DNA of 64,000 nucleotides from Callorhinchus milii. Taxonomy: Eukaryota. Of this stretch, positions 44,601 through 57,000 are shown in pieces. Position numbers and translations under genes: made by a program. The stretch lies in the NCBI RefSeq assembly GCF_018977255.1, contig NW_024704756.1:3286001-3350000 (forward strand). The letters run 5' to 3'. The notes below the pieces were generated by a model that worked only from the letters and a program-made list of their open reading frames with translations, ran no database searches and was not told where the DNA came from. Every line of letters begins with the position of its first letter. Within the stretch, counting starts at the first letter, position 1.

Positions 44601-46784
44601 TCCCTCAGATAAAACTGGTTATTGGCTAGGCTGTTTGTGAAACATTGCTGTGCACAAGAGTCAGTTCACCTACAAATAACATACTTACTACACTTAATAG
44701 TAAATCGTTTGAGTGTTTGTTAATATGCATTCCATTTACATTATACCCCAGGTAGTTAGAAATTATTATGACCTTCGGCATATTCTTTGGGTGAACATGA
44801 TTCATCCTCAGAACTGTTCGTCTTGTTCAGTGAATTATTCAATGAATGTCTACAGCAAAGGTCTATAGGTTTGGATGAAAAAGATTGAATGCTGTGTTGA
44901 ACGTGACGGTTTGGCATCAAAGGAATATTGTGAGATTATCCTCCATTCTTTACTAATTGTATAATGGTACAAAGAAGCAAAAATAATATCCTCACCTTCT
45001 CACTGCAAATGTTGGAGGTGAGGATTCTGTCACTGGAGCCGAAGAGTCTTTGCTGTCAGTATCATCATCAGCATAAGCATTCAGCCTGTGACAAAGGTAA
45101 AGCTCCAAGGTGTATTTAGGATTTCTCATAATGTATCATTGATACTATGATAAAGTAAGTCATACACTCAAATGTACAGTGAGCTGATCAACAGCTGACC
45201 AAATATCAGCACAAAACAAGCCCTACAGAATCAACTGCAAAGTGTGTTCACCTGAGTCGGGAAGAGTTGAAATGTGAAGGTTTTGAAAGGCGTTAAATAA
45301 AAAGGATTTGGTTGGAAATGCTCAAAGTAGCATCAACCCTTCTGGACAGTGATCATGATAAAGTATTCAGAAGCTCTAAGTTCTAGCAATGTGCATTGTC
45401 TTGAGTCAATTAAAACAATTGCCCCTCCGCTATAACTGATATAGTCTATTGCTACTGTGTCAGTGAAAGTCTTTTTTTAATCCCTCATCAATTTTCGCCC
45501 TCCTCTTCTGAAGAAGTTCAACTGTTTTTTTCCTTCAATTGGGATTCAGTTAAACACTCGAGCAATACGATTCAGTGTTGTAAAGTGACCGAAACCTCAC
45601 CCGTTGATTGCTTGTACACTCTCAAGTTTCTTTTCTCTACTCAGGTTTGATGTCTCAGTTTTAGCTACCATTGAGAAGCATGAGCCAGGAGCAGACAAGA
45701 ACGAAAAACAATGTGAGGACAGGAATAGTGGTAAATCAGAACAGACAACAACTATAATGATAATAACTTGCAATTATATAACGCTCCTCACGCAGGGTAG
45801 CGGCCCATAATAATAATAATAATCCTTGCATTTGATATAGCGCCTTATTAAGTCGTTGAGAAGCACATGACAGATTATACTGTAAAGTAGAATGACTATT
45901 TTGTGGGCAAAACGCAGCAGCCAGTTTGTACACAGAGGTGTCCCACTAACAGCCATGCAGTGAGTGATCAATTTTATCTGAATTTGATATTGTGCCTTTC
46001 ACTTCGGAAAGACATCCCAAAGTGCCTCCGAGGTAAAGTGCAAAGGAAGTGATTGTAGTGTGTTTTATTACAATATACAATATATATACAATATATACTA
46101 CAATATACATTCAGAAGGTTGGTGGAGCTAATGTTGCCCTTACTGTGGTATGCCGTCTTCCTCAAGCCCAACCTGATTGCTGTATATCCAGCTACTGTCA
46201 TCCTTCAAAGGAATTCTCTTTAACATCTGGTTAATCACATGCTGTCTGTCCTCCTCCGCAGGAGACGTGAACTTCGGGGATCCAAAGTCTGAGGAAGATT
46301 AAAAAAGCGGGTGGAAAGCACTTTCTCACCGCAGACAAATATCTTGCCACCAAAACTGAGATATGTCTGGGTTACCCCAATGATGACAGAGACAACACTC
46401 TTGCTGGTGCGCAGATATGTTGACAAATTTAAGAGCTTAAAATTTAATTTTGTGCAGAATTGTGGAAAATTCCTTAAATTCAGCTTTAATTTGGTGGCTA
46501 GTGTTCTGTAGTTTTCTTAAAATCAACTGCCATACTGAATAAGAAGTAACTAACCCTATGATTGTCAGATTAACACAAACACAGACCTTGCAGGCTGTCA
46601 GAATCATAGGATTGTCAGGTTAGTGTAACCACAGGATAATTGAGTCTAATCAAAATGTTATACGACTCATAATTAGCACAAAAGGGCTTGCTTGATTTTG
46701 AAGTTGGTTGCATGGTTTAGTAGACAGGAGAGCGGCCTTACCTTTCTTGACCGTAACATAGTTGTTACTGCCGTTTGTTGTCAT
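38688..46784 (-). CDS. ZNF185: ZNF185/sciellin-family protein with C-terminal LIM domain, ~12 small exons, ~313 aa
   Basis: Minus-strand exons 46784-46742, 46288-46144, 45085-44996, 44173-44084, 43601-43545, 42583-42545, 42315-42214, 41815-41720, 41135-41055, 40308-40221, 39720-39615 and a tentative terminal 38692-38688 (D-stop), all GT-AG and in frame. The N-terminal EEDRQHVINQMLKRIPLKDDSSWI resembles ZNF185 [37 protein letters not shown] resembles APFIAKRVEVVEE. Complete LIM: CTFC-x18-H-x2-C-x2-C-x2-C-x21-CEEC. Lies directly downstream of NSDHL on the same strand, as ZNF185 does in mammals. The middle exons and last exon are less certain than the LIM and N-terminal exons. Confidence 0.85.
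39615..40308 (-). CDS. ZNF185: LIM-domain exons of the ZNF185/SCEL-like gene
   Basis: 40308-40221 gives ECTFCGMALEDIKIIIEHLNICSHPSCFK and 39720-39615 gives CGKCSAPLGDLEAGDNLWIHSRIVHCEECYDKLLE. All eight zinc ligands are present and splice sites are canonical. Confidence 0.93.
44350..44700 (+). mobile_element. Ancient Deu-domain SINE relic with tRNA-like head
   Basis: GGGTCAGTTGGTAGCACT...GAATCAGAAGGT head followed by a degenerate Deu-domain sequence. Confidence 0.6.
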
Positions 46785-48690
46785 ATTGAAAGATTTGTGG
46801 GTTCCGATGCTCAAGCCAGACCCCTGGTGAAAGATGTACAATCTTTACAAAACAAAGTTAATGGAGTAGGTGCATTACAACATCAAAATGTGTCTGAGCA
46901 CACAGGCTATGAAGTACAGCTCAAAGAAAATGGATGCTGGAAGTCTGATATAACAACTAAATGTTAGAAACATGCAGTGGACTAATCATGCAAACAATAC
47001 AGCACATAAAGGGTTATTCAACCCATTGTGTCTTTGCTGGTATGTGCCCCCTCCACTGGAGCTATCCACTCTAATCCCATTTCCCTGCTCTTTCTGCTTG
47101 CCTTTTATTATTTTTCCTCTAAATATTTATCCGTTTATATCAGCATCTAAAAGGGAGCGATAGGTTAACATTTTGAGTAAGACCCTTTGGAAGAAATGTA
47201 AAATTGTTCATTGATGCACACAGCAGAATGTAAACTTAGATTACCTGTATAACACAGGAGTCAAAGCACTAATCCGGTTACATTCAAGTACTGTTACCAG
47301 CAATTCTGAGGTCTGCCAATTGTAACATCATTCTCCCAGTACAACACTATGGAAATAAGTCATTTTCGATACCTGAGATCTTAATTGAAATATTCCTTTG
47401 TCAAGTGTTCAGTGAGTGTCACTGATTTACAGCTCTGATGTGTTTCCAATTAACCGATTAAATCCAATTCACTCTTCGCCAAAGAGGTGTCCCAGGGTAC
47501 CTTTGAATTGAAGTTAATTTCTCACTGGGATGGTCAACTAGTTCAGCAACATTCCGCAAAGTTCTTTCATTTTTTCACAACGTATCACAAATGCATTTCA
47601 CAATAAAAAGCCAATTCTAATCCGAAAAACTGTGGACAAGTACAACATTGGCTCATAAACATTTTACTTCTTATTACTGTAATAATAAGTAGCAATTGTT
47701 TCTACATTAGAAAAGTATTTGGAAGCTGATTTAATTTGTTTAGTTAGAATGCAACTGACTGTTTGATATATTCTCCTTTTACATCTTCAGGGAGTTAGCA
47801 GATGCTATGCAAGCCATTTGCCCCACTGCCTCTGGAAATTGGGCACTATCCACTATAGTGCAGCTTCAGTACTAAATGCCCATCACACCCACATACTTCC
47901 TCTCTCACATTTCCACAACGCATTTTTTGAATGTTTTTGGCTTTTTTTTGCCCTCCAATTGTTTATCCAAATACTGGAATTAATCTGCACTAGAAAAATC
48001 CTTCAGACAACAATGAGATAAATGACCAACACAGAGGGAAACACGGCAGCCGTTTCCACCCAGGAGTGTCCCACAAACAGTTATGTGTTTAAAGACTGAT
48101 TAATTTAGATGGCTGTTGGTCAGCATACCAGGAGAAACTCCTTTTTTAGCAGCTCATCTTAAGGACAGCACCTCTGACAATACTGTGCTCCCTCCAATAC
48201 TGCATTGGAATAACCGCGTAGATTATGCCCTTGTATGAGTAGCAATTGTTTTTTGTTAATTATAATTAGTCACCTCAATCGGAATAACAAAAACTGGATT
48301 CATAACTAATATAATTGGAGCAAATCCCATCTGTTTGTAGAGAATGCCAAAAGAATGATGAACATCATTTTCATATTTACGTGAAACTACAGTAGCTCAC
48401 TTTCAAACCTGTTACTCTGGCTGCAGAATCTGGTAGAATTTCAGAGTAATGTGGAGGAGGATAACTAGTTTGGATAGTTGCAGTCAGGAGATTGATGATA
48501 AAGTCGGCCTGCTTGACCAACCATTCCAAGTTTATTTGCATTTTCTATGTAGTTTTTACAGTACATCATTGTGCCCTCCCCCCAGTGTGAAATACAATGC
48601 CCAGCTCAGTGTGCTCAAAGCTCCTTCGGACTCGCTGTTTATTTTGGTTGAAGGCAGCATTCCTGATTCCTGATCTCCAAAAATGTGGCT

Positions 48691-49018
48691 AGGAGTCCTA
48701 TAGTATAGTGGTTAATGTGAGGACCCGGGTTCGATTCCCAGGCAGAGTGAAACCTTAGGCAAGTTTCCTTTCTCTGCCCGCCTCGGTTTACCTAGCGATA
48801 AGTAGGACTCCAGTTGTTAGTCGATTGGCGGGTTGTTTTCCAAGGGTAATAATCCGTCCACACTAAAAAATACATCACTCAATCCACTACTGTGCATAAT
48901 TGGCTGCCACGTTTTGCCCACAAAATATGCAGTCAATCCACTTTACTGTATATTCTGTGAAGATATCTCAACGACAGGATAAGGCTCGATATCAAATTAA
49001 AAGATTATTATTATTATT
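48691..49018 (+). mobile_element. Older SINE subfamily with an extra central module
   Basis: tRNA-like head, then CCTCGGTTTACCTAGCGATAAGTAGGACTCCAGTTGTTAGTCGATTGGC (absent from the young copies), then Deu-like core and tail. Confidence 0.8.
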
Positions 49019-49664
49019 AACCAGGTGATTAATGTCTTTGAATGGCAACAGACTTTTCTTTTTAGCACTATTTAAGTTTCTGGAATGGATCCAACCTCCC
49101 TTCTGGATAACCTCAGGCTGTGCTATGTTCCTTGAATGTTGATTATCCTGTACGGGGAGATTCCAGCCCCTCCTCTTGAGATGTCAATGTTATCTACCTC
49201 CAGCCCATTGATTGGAATGTAAGATGATAATTGAAGATATGAATCTCTTTGACTTTGTTCTGTCGATTGTTGCCTGTAAAACTTACAACCTGACTTTAAA
49301 TTATTTTTGCATTCACTTATTAGAATGCACTTAGTAAAAGACAGTGAACATTACAGGGGATTATTCTATAATTGCCATTAAATTGACTAACGTTATTTGC
49401 TTGAGTTTATATGAGAAAGTTATATGTGCCCATTGCTGGATTAGTGAACTAGACAAAATAATCCTCCTTATTGCTCCATACTGAGTGCCAGCCATTGTCT
49501 ATTCTATTGAGAAAGTGAGAATTAGGCGCAAGATCCATAGTACAATACATCACTAGGGTTAAACGATCAGAGAAGAAAATGATGTCAATGAAGAAGCAGG
49601 TGGCATTAAGCTTGGTCTTTAAATGCTTTTTGATTTAAAACCCAAGCAGTTAAATCTCTGGCGT

Positions 49665-49968
49665 GTGGGTTGGTAACCAGAGGATACAGATTTAAGATAA
49701 TTGGCAAAAGAATTAGAGGGGAGCCAAGGATATTTTTTTTATCCAGAAAGTTGTTACAGTCTGGAATGCACTGCCGGAAAGGGCAGTGGAAGCAGATTCA
49801 AAAGTAACTTTCAAAAGGGAATTAGATATGTACTTGAAAAGGATGAATTTGCAGGGCAAAGGGGAAAGAGCAATGGGGTAGGACTAGTTGGTAGCTCTTT
49901 CAAAGAGCCAGCCGGCACTGGCACGATGGACCGAATTACCTCCTTGTGTTCTGTAAAATTCTATGATT
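49665..49968 (+). mobile_element. CR1-clade LINE 3' end
   Basis: ...TGGAATGCACTGCCGGAAAGGGCAGTGGAAGCAGATTCA...TTCAAAAGGGAATTAGAT...GATGGACCGAAT...TTCTATGA. Related fragments at 3697-3800 (-), 9590-9770, 21277-21469, 27120-27225 and 57870-58075. Confidence 0.8.
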
Positions 49969-51804
49969 AGAAAAGGAAGGGAAGAGTGAGAGAAAAGTGA
50001 CGGAAGAAAGTAGTAGCATTGTCTAGGAATCTAAAAGAATGTTACTGACCTTCATTTCAACAACAAGATTACATTTGTATAGGGCCTTTCACGTTGGGAG
50101 GACATCCCTAGGCGCGGGACAGTGTACAGCATTTCAGACCCGAGCTGGGGTCAGGGAGGGAGAAGGAAAGGGAGGGGAAGGGGGGTGATCGATGGGTCGA
50201 AGAGAAGGGTGTAGAGCCGGGACTTGAAGGAGGCTAAGAAAGGGCGAGGCAGAGTGATTCAACTTCAATGCACTGAGGAAGATGATAGGAGCAAATGTGT
50301 AGCTTGTATATTGGTAGCAGAGTTTGTGAGAAACAAGAGAGGATAGTTTAAAGGAGCAATGACCATAACATGATCATTAAAATGAAACCAAGAAAGATTG
50401 TGACAGTTATTATAAACTCCCTTGAAATGTGTCACTACATTAAGAATAACACCAGTGTGTATGTTTTAAAACTAAGCGCTATAACTGGTAGCTGCCCTTT
50501 TCCCAGTGGTTTGGGAATATCAATAGAGCACCCAGCAAACTCTGGATATCCAAATTTTAGGACAAAAGTACTCAATTAAACATGTAATGAAAAAGGGGTA
50601 AATTGCCAGTCAACCTTTATCTTATTTTCAACTGTTCTTAATTCCCCGTTAACCAATGGTTTATAATTTTGAAAGGAAGAGTTACTTAGCACAGTTGCTC
50701 ATGTTTGCAATTGTTTCCCCAACTTTTTAAATTTGGGTCTGCCAGGTAGGAGCTGCCGAGTTAGGGTTATTTCCTTACATCCGAAATCATAGTAGAACAA
50801 AAACCTGGGTACAAATGCTTACTCTTTTCTTGTCTTGAAGTCTAATATGACCCTAGATTCTGCATGCTGACTTTGTTTCTCATGGCCATAAGTTATGAAT
50901 GCATGTCCTTATAATATTCTACCAGTATTTGAGTTACTTTAGGTATCTTTGTATACAATCTGTGTAGACAAGACATTGTAGAATGTGTAACTAATAGTGG
51001 AGCAAGTTGCAGAAATACCGTGCAAGCTTTATGGGTTACTTTGAATGTTTTATAATTGAAATATTACGTTAGAACACACACTTTTATAAAACATTCTTTT
51101 AAGTGGAATGACATTGTTTTGTAATTTCAGTTAGATCTTTTCAATTTAACACTGGAGACTTCCTTGTTAATCTGCCTGCTGCTGGAAAAGCGGACATGAA
51201 CTCACCTGTACAGTAAAATAATTCAGTTGAACGTCAATGAGTCTCAGACTTCAGGCTCAGCTCTCCTCAAACAATGCTGTTCATTCAACAGTCATCAGAT
51301 CAGATCAGATCTAGTAATTCAAGTGTTCCACAGCATGGAAAATAGTGAGTCTTAGTGCTGCCGGGCTGGTTATACCTACAGCCTCTCGTTTCTGGGTGGA
51401 GCTAAACATTTATCTTTAGGTTAAGTGGTGTGGAATAACATCTATTGGTTTCAGCTTTGTTTATGTGTAAATTCCTCACAACTCACATTGAATGTCAAAG
51501 TGCTATTGGAGATAAGTTTTTTTTCTTTTCGTGATAAGAACCTAAATCTATGGAATGCGTAGCTGAGAAGATCGTTCTCTGCCGCTTTCTAATCAGAATC
51601 AAATGTTGAAGTGCTACAATTGTATTTCTAAAATCCAGGTTTTTTCTGACACAACAGTCTCAGCAGATAGGATTGTCATTGATTTAAATAGATTTATATA
51701 CACTGTACAGCACAGAAGCAGGCCATCTGGCACAACTAATCTGTGCTGGTGTTTCCTGGACAAGAATCTTTACATCCACTCCTTATTGCTTCCCATACCT
51801 TTCT

Positions 51805-52083
51805 ATATATGGTAAAGTGAATTGACTGTATGTTTTGTGGGCAAAACGCGGCAGCCAATTGTGCACAGCGGTGTCCCACAAACAGTCGTGGTTTTAGTGA
51901 CCTTTTTTTACCCCCGGAAAAGCAATCTGCCAATCGACTAACAACTGGTTTTCTACTTACTGCTAGGTAAACAGAGGCGTGTGGAGTAAAGAAACTAGTT
52001 CAATGTTTTGAACTGCCGGGAATCAATTCCAGATCCTCTTGCTTGCGAAGTGAGTGCTCTAACGACTAAGCTACAGGACTCCA
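51805..52083 (-). mobile_element. Older SINE subfamily with an extra central module
   Basis: Reverse-strand copy with the same extra module at ~51929-51977. Confidence 0.8.
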
Positions 52084-52489
52084 CAAATCCTTTACAATCT
52101 TGTAGTGTGCAACTGTTTGGTGAGCACAGGATGGGTCTTGATTATGATGTCGTACACTGGTGGAATAATAATAATAATCCTTGCATTTGATATAGCGCCT
52201 TATCACGTCTTTGAGACGTCTCAGTTTCCTTCTGCCTGGGCACATTTTCTGCCTAACATATGGCTTTCTGTACACCATTCTACCGATATGCTTATTGTGA
52301 AACCTTCTCCCCTGTGCTATCATTTCCATACTTACACCAACCATGATTCTCTTTAACAGAGCTAGGCTTGTACTGTATCTAATGGGAAGTGGGTTGAGAT
52401 GGTAAACCAGTGGTAGCCAACCTTTTTGGTTTGCCAATAAAATGATCATAGAAATAACAAAATAGCATTGATTTGTCACAAATCAAGAA

Positions 52490-54073
52490 ATATTCAACCA
52501 AGAAACATTTATTTTGTCACCATTGCGATATACTCACTTCACCTAGACCACAATTATTATAATAATTATTATTATTTACCAAAACTACTATGAAAACTAA
52601 AAAGACTTTCACTTTTGTATCTCTCCATCCCTCTATCCAACTCAGCATCCAGCAGTAAAAGGAAAGAGTTCTGACCCAATGCTCCACCCAGTGTCCAAGC
52701 TGAGGATTGTTTCGTAAAACTCAGAGATGGGTAAATAATCATAAACAAAAAATCAATGAATATTGAAAGTTTTATTATTATGTTCACTTCATGACAGTAT
52801 TTGCTGCAAAACAAGCATTTAGGACAATAATAGCTTTGTGTTACATCCTACAAGGTCACATGAAAAATCAAAGCTTAGAGGAGGAAACTTTTGTTCCTAA
52901 TACTCCCACTAGATATGGAAAAATAAGCATTGTTCCCACTCAGCAGTTTCCCTTCAACAAAGGATCACAGGCTTTAATATTGGACTTGGACTCTACTTCC
53001 TCCTGCACAAGCTGGCTCCAGTCATATATACAGTATAAGGGAGAAGGCAGCCACATCCCGGTGTGTTTAGTGCAGTTTGGCACTTTGCATTGGACTAGAA
53101 GCTAAGACACAACAGCCTTATCATGGGAAAGTTCCAATAATGGCTGTTTTTTCTGCTCTCAAATGCCTTCACAGCAGTACTTCATCAGTAAGGAATAACC
53201 AGAGAATTATCCCAGAAGAGCAACTGATCTTTAAACCATCAGTGGCTACAGGCTGTAGTATATAATGTACAGAAAACTGCACAACCACACAGCACCTTGA
53301 AAAGGAAAAAGAGTATCAACCCCTCTGGCCAGGAACATTTTGACAAGACATTGACAATTGTCTATTGGGACAATGAGTGGAATATCTTTTATCTTCACAC
53401 CCTCATTTAAGACAGTGTGACCCTCTGGCTTTGGCTGTCAGTGCTATTAACCTTCAAGGCACAATTTTGCCTTTTTGCAAAGTTATAATTAGCCTGTTCC
53501 AACAGTGTTTTCAGCAGTGAAAGAAAAGAGGTTTGACCATATAGCTGAAACCCAGGGGAGCTAATTAATAAACGTGGGATTATTCTCACTTTTTTGGGGA
53601 AATTTTCCAAACCTTAGTGGTGTGAGATATAAATAGTAAAATTCCATATAGAAAATGCCAATCCATCTGCTTTCTAACTCCAGGAGGATGGTTCAAGGAA
53701 GCAAACTCTTTACGAGAAGACTTGACTCTTGTATGGGAACTTTACCTGAAAGTCAAATGTAAGCGAAAGAAAAATTGCATCAACTCAGCCTCCCAGCAGT
53801 GTGTCAGCATGTTTCTACTTTTGAATTACAACCTAAATATCTTCCCAAACCTAATACTGTACAAGTGCTGCTTTGCTTCGTATAAGGCTTTCCGGTTGTC
53901 TAAATTATTAGACTGTTTGTTTACAATGAACCTACAGGAAATGTTCTGCACTTTGCATTCCTCCCCCTCCCCACTTCCTGTCAGTGAAGTGCCCCAATCC
54001 TGAGATGTAACCCTCGATGTGAAGATTGAGAGTCCAGCAATCCAACACACACTGAACTCTCTTAATTATGTCG
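52490..54073 (-). other. NSDHL: NSDHL 3' UTR; candidate polyA signal (TTTATT on + strand at 52508-52513)
   Basis: Repeat-poor region after the stop, ending at minus-strand AATAAA motifs near 52510 and 52570. Confidence 0.5.
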
Positions 54074-57000
54074 CTATCCTGATTGCCGAAGGTGTGTGAA
54101 ACTTTGAACTGTGTTCTTGACCCCTTCGCTCAGACTGACCACAGGCTTGTACCCCAACTCCTTCTTTGCCCTCTCACAGCTATAATAATGGAATGTTCCA
54201 GCTAACGCCACTCGCATTGGGGTGAAAGTGGGTTTAATGGTCACAAATGGCTTTAGTATTAGCACCAGCAGTGAGAGCAAGAAAGCCAAATAATAAGCCA
54301 GCAGATAGGGTATATGGTACTTTGGGGCCTCGTAATTTAATCCAACCAACAGCTGAGATAGGAAGGTCCAAAAGGGAATGGGTTCGTCATTTGTAATGTG
54401 ATAGGCCTAAGGAGGAAAGGAATTAAAAAAAAGTGAGTATTTTACAAATAATGAGGTTAGAATCTGAATCTAAAAGACATGACAGTGACAATTGTATTGA
54501 TTTACAACCTGGAAGTTCATGTTAATATAAATCTTAAATGAACATTCAGCAAAAACTTTTGTGTGGACTAAACACCAGCAAGACTGGATGGGTTAAATGA
54601 CTTGTTTCTGAGCTGTATCTTCTATGAATTGCTTCTATTGCAAATTTAAGACCAAATCTGTGTTTACACGGCAGCATTAGCATCAAATGACCAATGTTTC
54701 TGGCAGTGATTTGCTGGTAATCATGCAGTACAAACTGGGGCTCGAATGTCACACAAATCGTGTTGGAACCTTCCTGAGCAGTAATTTGCATTCATGCATT
54801 AAGTATAAACGTGGAGGGTGTCAATTGGGTTTGAAAAGAGGACAGGGTGGTCTAATAGGCACCCTCCATGCCAGGAATAGGAACTTTTAATGTTCAAATT
54901 TCCAATAATGTTAAAGAGATAATCAGGTTAACTGATAGTGGAATTAGCTCTTTGATACAATTTTTGTTTTTTTAACCGAATCAAAGTTATGTGGAGTGGC
55001 AAGTATAAATCAGGCTGTGCTTTCAGTACTATAAACAGTATTCTGTCTTTCAAGTTTGTACCAGCTATGCATCAGTGTACTTATACAATTACACAAACCA
55101 TTCAATACCTTAGTTAAGGGGCACCCGGATCCAAAAGGACTTGCCTGATACAGGACAAGCATCAATTAACAATTAATAATAATAATAATAATCCTTGCAA
55201 TTGATATAGCGCTTTTCACGTCGGGAGGACGTCCCAAAGCGCTTCACAGAATATACTGTAAAGTGAATTGACTGTATATTTGTGGGCGAACGCGGCAGCC
55301 AATTGCACACAGCAATGTCCCACAAACAGTCGTAGATTGAAAATGACCAATTTATTATTGTTTTTTGTTTTTGGAGGGATTATTATTAGGCTCTGTGTGG
55401 AGTAAGGAAACTTGCCCAAGGTTTCGCCCTCTGCCTGGAATTGAACTCAGGTCTCTCACTTGCAAAGCGAGTGCTCTAACCACTGAGCTACAGGACTCCA
55501 CAAATAATATTAACTGACCTTTCTGTTAGCTCCTGGATGGTTTGGGTCAGGCTTGTGTGTGACTACTGTGCTACTGTTGTTTATTATGTGGAGAGTTACA
55601 ACATGGATTGCTTTGCTCCAAATATGTATTGAGGCTGAGACAATAACATTTGAAAGAGAATTGGGTAAACATATTAAAAAAATCAAGAGCATTATTATTA
55701 ATTAAATCATTACCTTTCCACAGATGGGGGAGTTAGGGTGTAGATTCTCTGCTGCCAGAATCAACCCGTGCACAACATTATCAACATAGGTGAAGTCTAC
55801 CAGGTTCTTGCCGTCGCTGTAAAGTAAAAACACACTAGGTTAGAATCTACACCAGCAATATAGTCGTAATGTCAAACAGGCTTGAGGATTCAAGCCTCAC
55901 ACCAGCACGAGTTCAAAATTCAGGCTGATACACCATAGCAGTTCTGAGGGAGTCGTTCTTTCTGCAGCTGATTTGGCTTTGAGGAGACAACTGGTAAAAC
56001 CAGGCAGGTCTACAGAAGTTGAAAGCAACTTTGACCAGTATGTGCGATATAGATGTGTCCTCAACTCTGAACCAAACTTTGCTGGTTGAATGCAGTGCTG
56101 TATAGTTGTCATCTAATGGGTGTCTATTAAGTGGGCAATGTGCATATATAGTACTGAGCAGCTATACCTACCCAATCATGAATTTCATCTTGCCACTTTT
56201 AGCAGCTTGTACAAGGACAGGCACCAAATGGGGATCTTGGGGTCCAAAAATGCCATGAGGACGAATTGCAACCGTCATGAAGTTCTCATCTGGATTATTA
56301 GCTCGAAGAACTTCCTGTAATAAAATAAGTACAATTTAAGACAGATGCTTTAAATAGATCTGGCCTGAGTGTTGATACCAAGCTGCCTGACCAAGGTATA
56401 TTCAACACCAGCTGGATATTCAAGGTTACTGTAGTAATAACATCCTTGCATTTGGTGTAATAATAATAATAATCCTTGCATTTGATATAGCGCTTTTCAC
56501 GTCGGGAGGACGTCCCAAAGCGCTTCACAGAACATACTGTAAAGTGAATTGACTGTATATTTGTGGGCGAACGCGGCAGCCAATTGCGCACAGCAATGTC
56601 CCACAAACAGTCGTAGATTGAAAATGACCAATTTATTATTGTTTTTTGTTTTGGAGGGATTATTATTAGGCTCTGTGTGGAGTAAGGAAACTTGCCCAAG
56701 GTTTCGCCCTCTGCCTGGAATTGAACTCCGGTCTCTCACTTGCAAAGCGAGTGCTCTAACCACTGAGCTACAGGAACTCCACACATTGTTGCCTTATCAC
56801 ATTGTTGAGATACCTCAAAGCGCTTCACAGAATATATTGTAAAGTGAATTGACTGCATTTTGTGGGCGAAAGCGCAGCAGCCAATTGTGCACAGCATTGT
56901 GTCACAAATATTATTATTTATAATTATACATGATTATCACTGTAAAGTGACAATGAGACCATGAAAATGCCCATACCTTCTCCTGCAAAATTTTGGTTTG

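Noticed and set aside
44773-44849. Candidate ZNF185-like exon HSLNNSLNKTNSSEDESCSPKEYAE
   Set aside because: Weak GTCATA donor and it ends in phase 1, breaking the frame with the next phase-2 exon.
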